Source: Thraustochytrium aureum
Lineage: Eukaryota
Length of the DNA: 53,812 nt
Direction of reading: 5' to 3'
NCBI GenBank assembly: GCA_012862495.1
Contig: BLSG01000281.1
Location: 84,050 to 137,861 of the forward strand
Shown: in pieces, positions 32,075 to 42,242 of the stretch
Layout of the letters: each line of letters opens with the position of its first letter
How positions within the stretch are numbered: the stretch's first letter is position 1
The notes under the pieces: generated by a model
Databases searched by the model: none
What the model was told of the DNA's origin: nothing
What the model saw: only the letters and a program-made list of their open reading frames with translations
Made by a program: the position numbers and the translations under genes

Positions 32075-35000
32075 ATGGGGTCACGGCTGTTCGAGCCGTA
32101 CCGCACGATCGGGCTGGTCTGCGACGAGGTGCCCTTTGCGCTGGAGCGGCTTGGGAAGGAGCGGTTTGTGACGACAAGCATTGGGCGGTCGTTTCTGGTG
32201 TACGACCTGGACAAACTGATCGTGAAGATGGTGTCCCCACCGCTCCTGGCAGGCGACCAGGGCCAGGAGCCCATCTCCGCGCTCGCAGCGAAGGGCGAGA
32301 CCACCTTCACTGCGTGCGGGTCCGATTTGTTGGAATGGAGACGTGGCAAGCTCAAGCGCCGCCTCATCAACGGCCGGAGACGCGGATTTGGGCCGATTGT
32401 GTGCCTCCTCGTCTTCGGCGATGTCCTCGTAGCCGCCACAAGCGGCGCGGACGCCGAGTCGCCGGGCTGCCTTGTCGTGCTGGACATAAAGTCCGGGCGC
32501 ATCCAGCGCAGCATCCTGATCGGTGACGAAGGCAACGATAGCAAGAACGGAACCACTCGCTTTAGCCCGACCTGCGTCATGCACCCAGAAACGTATTTGA
32601 ACAAGGTAGTCGTTGGAAGCGCGGAGGGCGGCTTGCTGCTCGTCAACATTCGCACAGGGCGAATCGTGCATCGGTTTCCTGCTGCGGGTGGCGGCGCAGC
32701 CGTCACCTGCATCACGCAAAGCCCGGCCGTCGACGTCGTCGGTGTTGGCCTCTCGGACGGGAGAATCCTAGTCCTCAACCTCAGGTTAGACGCAACCCTG
32801 ATGGAGTTTGTGCATCAAGGCGGCTCCGTCACAAGCGTCACTTTCAGGAGCGATTCGGGCGGGCCTGGGAGCGCTGCTCCGTTTGCGGCCATGGTCAGTG
32901 GGAGCGCCTCCGGCGAGCTCGCGGTTTGGAACCTGGATGACCGCCGTCTGGCTTCGACGATCCGTGGGGCGCACGACAGCGCTGTTTCGCGGTGTGCCTT
33001 CCTCCCGAATGAGCCGCTCTTGGTAACTTCGGGCGCCGACAACTCCCTCAAGGTGTTCATCTTCGACCAAGAGGACGGGCGCGGCCGCCTGCTCAAGCTG
33101 CGCCAGGGCCACCGGTCGCCTCCAACGCGAATTCGTTACTACGGGGGTGACACGCTCTCGACCCTCTCCTCGGGGGCGGACGCCTCGTGCTGCCAAATCC
33201 TCTCTGCTGGGCGAGACCGCGCGTTCCGCGTGTTCCACACAGCGCGCGACCAACTCAACCGCGAGCTCTCGCAAGGCTCTCTCGCAAAGAAGGCGCGCAA
33301 CCTCGACATCAAGATCGAGCAGCTCAAGCTCCCGCCGATCGTCGACTTTGCCGCCACAGAGGCTCGCCAGCGCGACTGGTGCAACGTCCTTACCGCCCAC
33401 GCGGGGGAGGGACTGCTTTTACGTGGTCGCTTGAAAATCGCACCATCGGGGATCACGTACTGCGCCCAGACGGCGACGTTGGCAAGCTGAGCCTGCGCAA
33501 GCTCAACACTGACAAGCTGAGTGCTCAGGCGAGCAAGTTTCCGGCGGCGCTGTGCGTTGCAATCAGCGCCTGCGGCAACCTCGGCGTCGTCGGGACCGCC
33601 GACGGGACAGTCTTCAAGTACAACATGCAGTCCGGACTACCCCGCGGTAGCTTCCCCAAGCCCGGCGCTGCGGCGGGCACGAAGGAGAAGAGGCGGGAGA
33701 GGCGCGCCAAGCGGCGAAAGCTCAACGCATCAAGCGTGAAGCTGCTCCCGGACATCGACCCCTCGGCGCTGGACGACGACGAGGACCCCGTCGCGGCTCT
33801 CGCCTCCGCTCCCGACAAGCACGATGGGGCTGTAAACGGTGTCGGCATCGACGCGTTGAACAGCACGCTCTTTTCCGCGGGGTATGACGGCACGGTCCGT
33901 TTTTGGGACTTTGTGCAGCACACTTTGCTCGAGTGCGTTGACGTGGGCTCGCCGCTGTCCCAGCTCGTCGCCAACCGCGACGCCGGGCTCTTTGCCGTTG
34001 CATGCGACGATCTGCGCGTGCTCGTGTTCGACACAACGACGCGGCGCGCGATCCGGACCTTCCGGGGGCACACCGCATCCATCACCGACATGGCCATTAG
34101 CACAGATGCTCGATGGCTCGCAACGTCAAGCAACGACACCAGTCTGCGCGTGTGGGACCTGCCGACGGCGCGGTGCGTTGACTGGGCCGAGNNNNNNNNN
34201 NNNNNNNNNNNNNNNNNNNNNNNNNNNNNNNNNNNNNNNNNNNNNNNNNNNNNNNNNNNNNNNNNNNNNNNNNNNNNNNNNNNNNNNNNNNNNNNNNNNN
34301 NNNNNNNNNNNNNNNNNNNNNNNNNNNNNNNNTTCTACGCCAGTAACAGGCCTCACGTTCGCGCCGACAGGCGAGTTTTTGGCGACGAGCTTTGCGGACA
34401 GCGTGGGCATCACTCTCTGGGCAAGCAAAAAGTTTTTCGGGGAAGCCAAGGGTGACGCCGTCGCGCGAAAGCCGATCGTGCTGCAGGCCCCCACGGCGGC
34501 TGCTGCGGTCGAATCGGGCGACAATGACGCTGCGGTGGACGCTGTGGACGTGAGCCAATTCCAAGACGATGCTAGTGAAAGCGACGCGGAGAACGGTCTT
34601 GCCAACCAAGACAGCAGCGAGGACGGTCTCAGCGACGGGGAGGAAGAGGACGAGGGCAAACCGCTCTGCGAGGCCGAGCATTCCGGCGAGGTTCGCCTCT
34701 CAGGGCAAGAACCGTCCAAGTGGTACAGCCTCGCTCTCCTTGAGCTGATCAAGGCTCGGAATCGGCCAGTCGAGCCAGCTCAGAAGCCCGAAAAGGCGCC
34801 CTTCTTCCTGCCTACAACACAGGCCGTCAACCCTGTTTTCAAAGCGCCAGCGGCTGCTGGCACAGAGTCCAAGGCTGACGAGAAGGATCCGCTAGAGTCC
34901 ATGAACCTTGCACAAGCAGGCGACTGGAGCGACGACGACGAAGACGAGGGAGGTGACGCGGACTCCGAGGCGGACGCCCCTGCTGGTGAACAGCAAAAGC

Positions 35001-35482
35001 CCGAAGCGCCGGCCCTGTCCCGCATCCTCAAGGACCAAGGGTTTGCGCGACCGCGATCCGAGTTGTTCCTTCTGCTCGAAGAGGCCCACGCTCGGTTCCA
35101 TGCGGCCACGCCCACTGGTTCCGAGGAGGGCGCTGCACATTTCCGCGAAGTTGTGGCGCACCTGAGCACCCTTTCGCCGAGTGCAATCGACTTTGAGCTG
35201 CGCTCGATGACGCTTGGCCCGGAAGACGACGATGGCGGTCACCTTTTGCGCGTAACGCTGGACTGGCTGGCTGCCGAGCTCGAGGCGCGTTCGAACTTTG
35301 AACTCTGTCAGTCGGTTCTAAACCGCGTTTTGGCTCTTCACGACGAGAGCATAGCAGCGAGGCCAGATCTCGTGAGCCGCGTCGGCGTAGTCCGAGCTGC
35401 GCAAGAGGCGGCCTGGAAGGGGCTTCGAAGCTTGATCCAGCACAGCCTCTGCTTGCTTTCCTTCTTTTCCCATCAGCGATGA
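32075..35482 (+). CDS. WDR36: WD40-repeat U3 snoRNP-associated protein UTP21/WDR36
   Basis: MGSRLFEPYRTIG, MHPETYLNKVVVG, LVTSGADNSLK, RQGHRSPP, NRELSQG, YNMQSG, KARNRPVEPAQKPEKAPFFLPT, LSPSAIDFELRS. One G is missing at about 33411, and there is a gap at 34192-34332. Confidence 0.95.
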
Positions 35483-35609
35483 GGGGGCCCGGAATGGGTA
35501 GGCCCGCTTTTCTGCGTTCTGAAAACCAATAAGTGAAGCTCGAGCTTGGATTACAGAAAGCAAAGAACAACAAGGCGGGAGGGGCGCGGGGCGAGGCTGG
35601 CATGGACGT

Positions 35610-35712
35610 TGCGAGGGAGGCGGGCAAGTCTTTCGGACCGCTGGTCGGTCTCGCGAGTTTCATGCGAGGGAGGCGGGCAGGTCTTTCGGTCCGCTGGTCG
35701 GTCTCGCGAGTT
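35610..35712. repeat. 53-bp imperfect tandem duplication between convergent UTP21 and MIF 3' ends
   Basis: gcgagggaggcgggcaRgtctttcggWccgctggtcggtctcgcgagtt at 35611 and 35664. Confidence 0.85.
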
Positions 35713-35806
35713 GCACGCTTTCCAGCGAGCTTGCCTGCCGGGCTTCGCGCTCCTCTGGCTCTAGAGCTACCGCGAATTGCGAGACCTTGCACCTTGAAAG
35801 CCGTCG

Positions 35807-36181
35807 TCACGCCAGCAAGTTGCCGCCAATCCCCAGGTCACCGAGAAGGCACTCTTGAAAGTGAACCTGGGTCTTGCCAGGCGTCACAAATTCGCCCAAC
35901 AGCTCGCCAAAGCTGGTCACCAGTGTCTGCCGCGTGTCTTTGTCCAGCTGGCCCTGGAGGGTGAGGACGGAGACTCGCGCCACGTTGCCTTCAGGTTGCC
36001 CGTCTTTGTGCTGGCCGAGCTCCCCGCCCCAGGTCAGGGTCTGCTCCCCCACAAAGTGGACATGGACATACCCAGGAACAACGCCCACTACCTCTGCCAC
36101 GCGGGCAGTAACCCTGGAGAGAAGCGGGCCGAGCTGGCCTGCGCGGACGACCGCCGACGTCAGGATCGTAACAGTTGGCAT
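35807..36181 (-). CDS. Macrophage migration inhibitory factor / tautomerase-superfamily protein (124 aa)
   Basis: Begins M-P (catalytic Pro1) with a beta-alpha-beta pattern: VPGYVHVH..QTLTWGG..ARVSVLTL..QVHFQE..DLGIGG. Confidence 0.75.
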   Translation of the reverse strand: MPTVTILTSAVVRAGQLGPLLSRVTARVAEVVGVVPGYVHVHFVGEQTLTWGGELGQHKDGQPEGNVARVSVLTLQGQLDKDTRQTLVTSFGELLGEFVTPGKTQVHFQECLLGDLGIGGNLLA

Positions 36182-36779
36182 TCTCGCGACTTTCCCTGCC
36201 GGCCAGTCGTGCCGGCCAGTCGTGCAGACAGCAGCAGTCAAGAAGCAGCAGCGCAGGACGCAGGACTTTCGTAGGTACTCGAGTACGGGCAAGGTACGGG
36301 CGCGTCTGCGGCCGGCGCAGCGCGGTGTTGCAGGGACCGCCTCGAAGGCGCGCACGGCACTCCGCAAGGCGAGCCACTGGCTCCTGGCACTTGGAGAGGT
36401 TGCGCCGAGAGGGGGCCACAGCGCCAGCACCGCTTCGCAGCCGCCAGTCGGAGCAATCAACAGCCAATTGTGCAGCGCACGTGGCAGCGTGACACGAGCG
36501 CACTTGGGTGTGCTCGCAAGTCACGCGCGACACTTTCGTCAAGCGCAAGGCGCCGCGGCAAGCACCGCTGGAGGCCGGCCCTGCCAGCACACGCAGTCGA
36601 GCGAGCGCGCGGGGTTTGATTCGCGGCCGGATCGCCAAGCGGCCCGAAGCAGGGGGCGGGAAGGCGGGCTGCGCTGGTCAGCCACCTGGGCGACGCCGCA
36701 ACCGAGTCCACAAAAAGGACACCAGGCGGCGACCCGCGCGAATAGGCGGCGCGGTGGCGCGGCCCCGAGGACCGGGCGG

Positions 36780-38360
36780 ATGGCCTCCAAGGACGGCAAC
36801 AACAATGCCCCGGGCAAGCAGAGGTGGAGCGACGAGGACCCCGTCAAGACGTACAAGCTGGTAAAGCGGCTCGACTCTGGCGCCTCTGGCGAGGTTTGGC
36901 TCGCGCGTAACCGCTCCACGAAAGCGGAGGTCGCGATCAAGATCATCTGCTTGGAAGCCGAGCTGCTCGAGGAGCTCGAGACGGAGATCGACGCCCTCTC
37001 AAAGTGCTCGAGCGAGTTTGTCACGCGCTTTTACGGGAGCTACCGGAAAGGCGAGGCGATCTGGATCGTGATGGAGTACGCGGACGTGGGTTCGCTCCAG
37101 GACCTGCTTCAGTACTGCCTCAGGCCGCTCAAGGAGGACGAGATCCGCTCTGTGTGCGCTAGCGTACTCGCAGGCTTGAGTTATCTGCACAGCTTGGGCA
37201 TCCTGCACCGCGACATCAAAGCGAAAAACATCCTCATAAACTCGGCCGGCCGCGTCATCCTCGCCGATTTTGGTGTCGCAGGGCTCATGCAAGACAAGGC
37301 AGGCAAGCGCCGCACGGCCATCGGGTCCCCGCACTGGATGGCGCCTGAAGTCATCACCGAGAGCGAGTACGATGGCCGAGCCGACGTGTGGAGCCTCGGG
37401 ATCACAGCGCTCGAGTTGGCCGAGATGGAGCCTCCGTACGCCGACATGCCGATCCACGAAGTGCTTCTTGCGATCCCCGCTGTCGACCCGCCCTCCGTGA
37501 CCGAGCCAGACATGTGGAGCTCCGTGTTCAAGAGCTTTTTGCAAGAATGCCTCGTCAAAAACCCCGCTGCCCGCAAGTCTGCCAGCACCATGCTGCAGCA
37601 CCCCTTCGTGGCGACAGAGGTCGCAAAGCAGCGCTCTGGGGACTTTGGGTGTTTGCGGAAGATGGTGAAAGAGTCGACCAGCGCATGCTCTGGCTAAACG
37701 AAGGCGCTGACGGGAGCGATGGTGAGGACCCCGGCGAGGAGCCGCCCCGCAAGAGCCTCGCCGCTCGCTTGAGTGCGAGGCTGAGTGTGGGAAGCGGTGG
37801 CGCGATCAGGCGGCTCTCGCATTCGCTCCGCTCAGTCAAGTCTGAGGAGCACACCGACGACGGAGCTGCCTCGGACGAACAGCACGAGGTGTTGGCTGCA
37901 AGCGTGACCAAGCGAATGCCGCGCAAGAGCAAGAAGCTCGTTCTGCTCAAGCGGCCTTCATTTCGAAAGTCACGGCACGGCACGCCTCTCGTCGTCGACA
38001 GTGCAGGAGCGACAGCGACGAAAAGCGAGGTGCGGCCGGCGGCGGCACTCTCGACATCATCCGATTCGACCACCACCGACGAGGCTGCAGAGCGCGCAGA
38101 GCGGGAGCGAAAGGCAGAAGAGCTCAAGCAGCGCTTGTTTCGACTCTACACCAAGTTTGACAACGGGACTCATGGCGGCGGTAAGTTGTTGGTGTTGCGC
38201 GCACAGACGCCAGATGGTTTGGGCGGGCGGGGCCTCCTTGGTCGTGCGGCGGGGCTGGCTGACGCGACCGTGTGAATTGACCATTGGCCATTGCCTGCGC
38301 CTGCCTGCCCCAGACAAGCCACCTGGTTTCTTCGAAAATTTTGGGAAGGTCTCTCGGTGA
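36780..38360 (+). CDS. STE20/GCK-family Ser/Thr kinase
   Basis: DPVKTYKLVKRLDSGASGEV, VAIK, IWIVMEY, HRDIKAKNIL, LADFG, IGSPHWMAPEVI. A -1 frameshift at about 37673 (gagtcgac for gaggtcgac) and intron 38181-38313. The 3' end is uncertain. Confidence 0.88.
38181..38313 (+). other. Probable spliceosomal intron (133 nt)
   Basis: GCG|GTAAGT ... TTGAC, 32 nt, pyrimidine-rich CCCCAG|ACAAG. Confidence 0.65.
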
Positions 38361-39452
38361 TGGCGGGCGATCGTCTTGTTGTTGATGGCAGGGGCGTCGA
38401 CGGCGGCTGCGATGGCGCCGCTCATCATCGCGATGCGGTTCCCTCAAGCGGCGGCCGTCGTTGCTGTCGGCACGCCAGCGGAGCACGCCAGCGCGGCCGG
38501 AAGGGTTCAAGTGGGTCGGTGGCTCCACGCCGGCGGTTACCTGCCCTCCTCTCCGGGCTGGAGAGTCTTGAGCGCGCGTGGAGGCAGGGAGCATCGCGGC
38601 TCAGTAAGTAGCTCTCGAAAGAACTTGTTTTCAATTGAACAGCTCGAGTGAAGCGGAAGTTGGTTGCGCTCAGGCGTTCTCTTGTGCCTCCTCTCGCTAC
38701 TAGTAGAGCTAGCGAGTGCGGTCAACCCGTGCCGTTTGACGGACCTGTGAGGGCAGACGGCCAAGTCGGNNNNNNNNNNNNNNNNNNNNNNNNNNNNNNN
38801 NNNNNNNNNNNNNNNNNNNNNNNNNNNNNNNNNNNNNNNNNNNNNNNNNNNNNNNNNNNNNNNNNNNNNNNNNNNNNNNNNNNNNNNNNNNNNNNNNNNN
38901 NNNNNNNNNNNNNNNNNNNNNNNNNNNNNNNNNNNNNNNNNNNNNNNNNNNNNNNNNNNNNNNNNNNNNNNNNNNNNNNNNNNNNNNNNNNNNNNNNNNN
39001 NNNNNNNNNNNNNNNNNNNNNNNNNNNNNNNNNNNNNNNNNNNNNNNNNNNNNNNNNNNNNNNNNNNNNNNNNNNNNNNNNNNNNNNNNNNNNNNNNNNN
39101 NNNNNNNNNNNNNNNNNNNNNNNNNNNNNNNNNNNNNNNNNNNNNNNNNNNNNNNNNNNNNNNNNNNNNNNNNNNNNNNNNNNNNNNNNNNNNNNNNNNN
39201 NNNNNNNNNNNNNNNNNNNNNNNNNNNNNNNNNNNNNNNNNNNNNNNNNNNNNNNNNNNNNNNNNNNNNNNNNNNNNNNNNNNNNNNNNNNNNNNNNNNN
39301 NNNNNNNNNNNNNNNNNNNNNNNNNNNNNNNNNNNNNNNNNNNNNNNNNNNNNNNNNNNNNNNNNNNNNNNNNNNNNNNNNNNNNNNNNNNNNNNNNNNN
39401 NNNNNNNNNNNNNNNNNNNNNNNNNNNNNNNNNNNNNNNNNNNNNNNNNNNN

Positions 39453-42055
39453 CTCCAACCTGCTGGGGCTGGTCTTCAAAATTGTACAGGAAACCTACCC
39501 GCCAATTCCAGAGCACTACTCGCCCGAGCTTCGCGAGCTTGTGCGGCAACTTTTGAGCAAAAACCCGAGCCGGCGCCCATCGTGCCGGCGGATCTTCCGC
39601 CTCCCTTTTGTCAAGCACAGGCTGGAGGAGCTCGCGAAGGCTGCAACCCTGGGCGCGACCCCGCAGCAGCCGCAGCAGCCGCGACTGCCGCAACCGGGTC
39701 TGGCTGCCGCTGCGCGCCCAGCAGCGCTTGCTGCAAATGCGCCCGCTCCTCCGGCTGGGGCAGAAGCAAAGCCTCGAGCCGCCTCCGGCCCAAACCCAAG
39801 AGCGACGGCCTCGTCGCAGGCTAAAAACGCGCAGTCTGTTCCGGGTGCGCCCACTCCGACGCCAGCAGCAGACCAACAAGAGAGATCTGGAGACCAGCGA
39901 AGGAAGCCCAGCGCAGACGCCCCTCAGGAGGGTTCTGTTGCTCCAGCTTTGGAGACCGTCAAGCCTGCGAGCTTGATGGTGCCGGAATGGCGCTGCGAGC
40001 CAACCGAAGGCCAGGGCATGGCCACAGACGGGGCGCTCGAAACCCGCGCCTCGGCTATGACGCCCTCAGACCTCGCAAAAGAGAGGAAAGAGGCGGCCAA
40101 TCGGCGACGGGAGGAAGAGTTGCGGGAGGCGACTGCTCGGAACGTGCAGTCGCGTCTCGAGGCGCGAAGGCGTTCTGAACAGCTTTTCCAGCCGAGTGCA
40201 GAGAACCACCTGGCCCTGGATGCTGGCGATGACGGCGTCCAATCTAGCGCGACAAGCAGCGCCCTGCTCGCGCCATCCAGCACTCGGAGTCAGGGACCGA
40301 CACCTGGTCCGCCATCCACGGGCGCCGGCGGCGCCCACCACGCAGGACCCGAAGAATTATTTCGGGAGCCCATGTCTAGCAACGCATCGACTTGCTCGGA
40401 GTCGGTCGCCTCGACGGCTTCGTCGAGCTCGTCCACGATGGCAGGCTCGCCGAGAGCTTCCGGCCGGCCGCACGCACGGCCGCCGTTAGCAGGCGAAGAT
40501 CTTGGCCGCGCAGAGGGCGTCAAGCAGGTTCAGAGAGTACCGGACCAGCNNNNNNNNNNNNNNNNNNNNNNNNNNNNNNNNNNNNNNNNNNNNNNNNNNN
40601 NNNNNNNNNNNNNNNNNNNNNNNNNNNNNNNNNNNNNNNNNNNNNNNNNNNNNNNNNNNNNNNNNNNNNNNNNNNNNNNNNNNNNNNNNNNNNNNNNNNN
40701 NNNNNNNNNNNNNNNNNNNNNNNNNNNNNNNNNNNNNNNNNNNNNNNNNNNNNNNNNNNNNNNNNNNNNNNNNNNNNNNNNNNNNNNNNNNNNNNNNNNN
40801 NNNNNNNNNNNNNNNNNNNNNNNNNNNNNNNNNNNNNNNNNNNNNNNNNNNNNNNNNNNNNNNNNNNNNNNNNNNNNNNNNNNNNNNNNNNNNNNNNNNN
40901 NNNNNNNNNNNNNNNNNNNNNNNNNNNNNNNNNNNNNNNNNNNNNNNNNNNNNNNNNNNNNNNNNNNNNNNNNNNNNNNNNNNNNNNNNNNNNNNNNNNN
41001 NNNNNNNNNNNNNNNNNNNNNNNNNNNNNNNNNNNNNNNNNNNNNNNNNNNNNNNNNNNNNNNNNNNNNNNNNNNNNNNNNNNNTCACGCTCCCCAGAGC
41101 TCCAAGCCTGACGACCCTCGTCTTGCTTCTCGCGCTCGAAAAGGCAGCCGTGGATCCGGCACGAGAGAGAGGGTGACACACAACTCGAGCACTCGTTTTA
41201 GCTCCAATCTTTCGACCCGCCCGGTGCGCGTACGGGCTGGCACGTGCGATGCCGTGCCAGCCGCTCAACAAGAGTACAGCGCAATCAGTGGGCAGTCGCA
41301 GTCAACTCCGCTTTATAGCCACGAAGAGCGCCCAATCAAGGCCAGTGGGCGCTATGCATTTGACGAGAGGGAGTCGGCTACGAGACCGTCGGGGGTCGGC
41401 TCGCCAGTCGCGCTCGCAGCAGAAGACGAAAGACGGCGCCCAACGTCGTTGGGCCGTGGCAATCCAGCGCCTTCCGAGCACGAAGTTCGGGACGGCGGTA
41501 AACTTGGCCGCCAGAAGGCTGTTGTTCGAGGGGAGGCGTACAGCGACGACTTCGAGTCGGACAGCGACTTTAGCAGCCCGCCGGGCCGACGTTCTTCCGC
41601 GAGTCAGTCCCTGGAAGCGGCACCTCCAGGCCAAAGCGGGGAAGGCTGCGCAGACCTGGACGAAAACGATGCGCGTCTAGTCCTTGCAGAGTGCAGGAGG
41701 CGCGCTGGCGGCGGCACGGTTGGCGTCGAGCGCCCGCAGGCTGCGGCACCAGACCCGCGCCTCCTGAGCGAGAAGAGCAAGCCTGTCTCCCCTGGCGACG
41801 GCTGGTGCTGGCAGTCGTCAAGGTCCAGATTGGATGCAAATCGCAGACAAGCAACGCTCGCGCTTGAAGCGTGAGCTGGGATTGGAGACTTTCCAGGTCG
41901 TGTATGCATTTCTGAAGGAGTCGCACGCAGCAAAGCGGGATAACAGCTCCAAGGAGAGCCAGCGCAAGCTGCGATCCCTTGTCGGGCGCGACGAGCTTTC
42001 GCTCTGCTTTGACGTGGACCAGCTGATCTACATCGAGGAGACGATGATCAGGTGA
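39453..42055 (+). CDS. NEK-family kinase; most of the catalytic domain lies in gap 38770-39452
   Basis: Kinase C-lobe SNLLGLVFKIVQETYPPIPEHYSPELRELVRQLLSKNPSRRPS..LPFV, acidic YSDDFESD, and a NEK1-like C-terminal helix bundle LKRELGLETFQVVYAFL..VDQLIYIEE after a +1 shift near 41800. Confidence 0.75.
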
Positions 42056-42171
42056 CCGCCGGTGCAGCCTCATCCCCGTGCATTTTGTAAAACGTGTGGC
42101 CTTGAGGAGCCACCAATTAGTTGATTAGAATACAAAAACCCGCGAGGGGATAGGTTCACACAAGCCATGCG

Positions 42172-42242
42172 CTGCGAGCCGGCGGCTGCGAGCCGGCGCG
42201 GAACTGCGAGCCGGCGCGGACTGCGAGCCGGCGCGGAGCTGC
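42172..42242. repeat. ~14-18 bp imperfect minisatellite (CTGCGAGCCGGCGCGGA) abutting the ArfGEF stop codon
   Basis: Four units of gcgagccggc(g)cgg. Confidence 0.8.

Noticed and set aside
34192..34332. 141-nt insertion within WDR36
   Set aside because: The flanks DWAE and STPVTGL fit the WD repeat with only about 2 nt missing, so the gap size is probably an overestimate. An intron cannot be excluded.
35874..36779. 300-aa N-terminal extension of the STE20 ORF (and similar extensions on ERD2, USP and MIF)
   Set aside because: These start at non-ATG codons and run antisense to real genes or through promoters. Stop-poor GC-rich DNA explains them.
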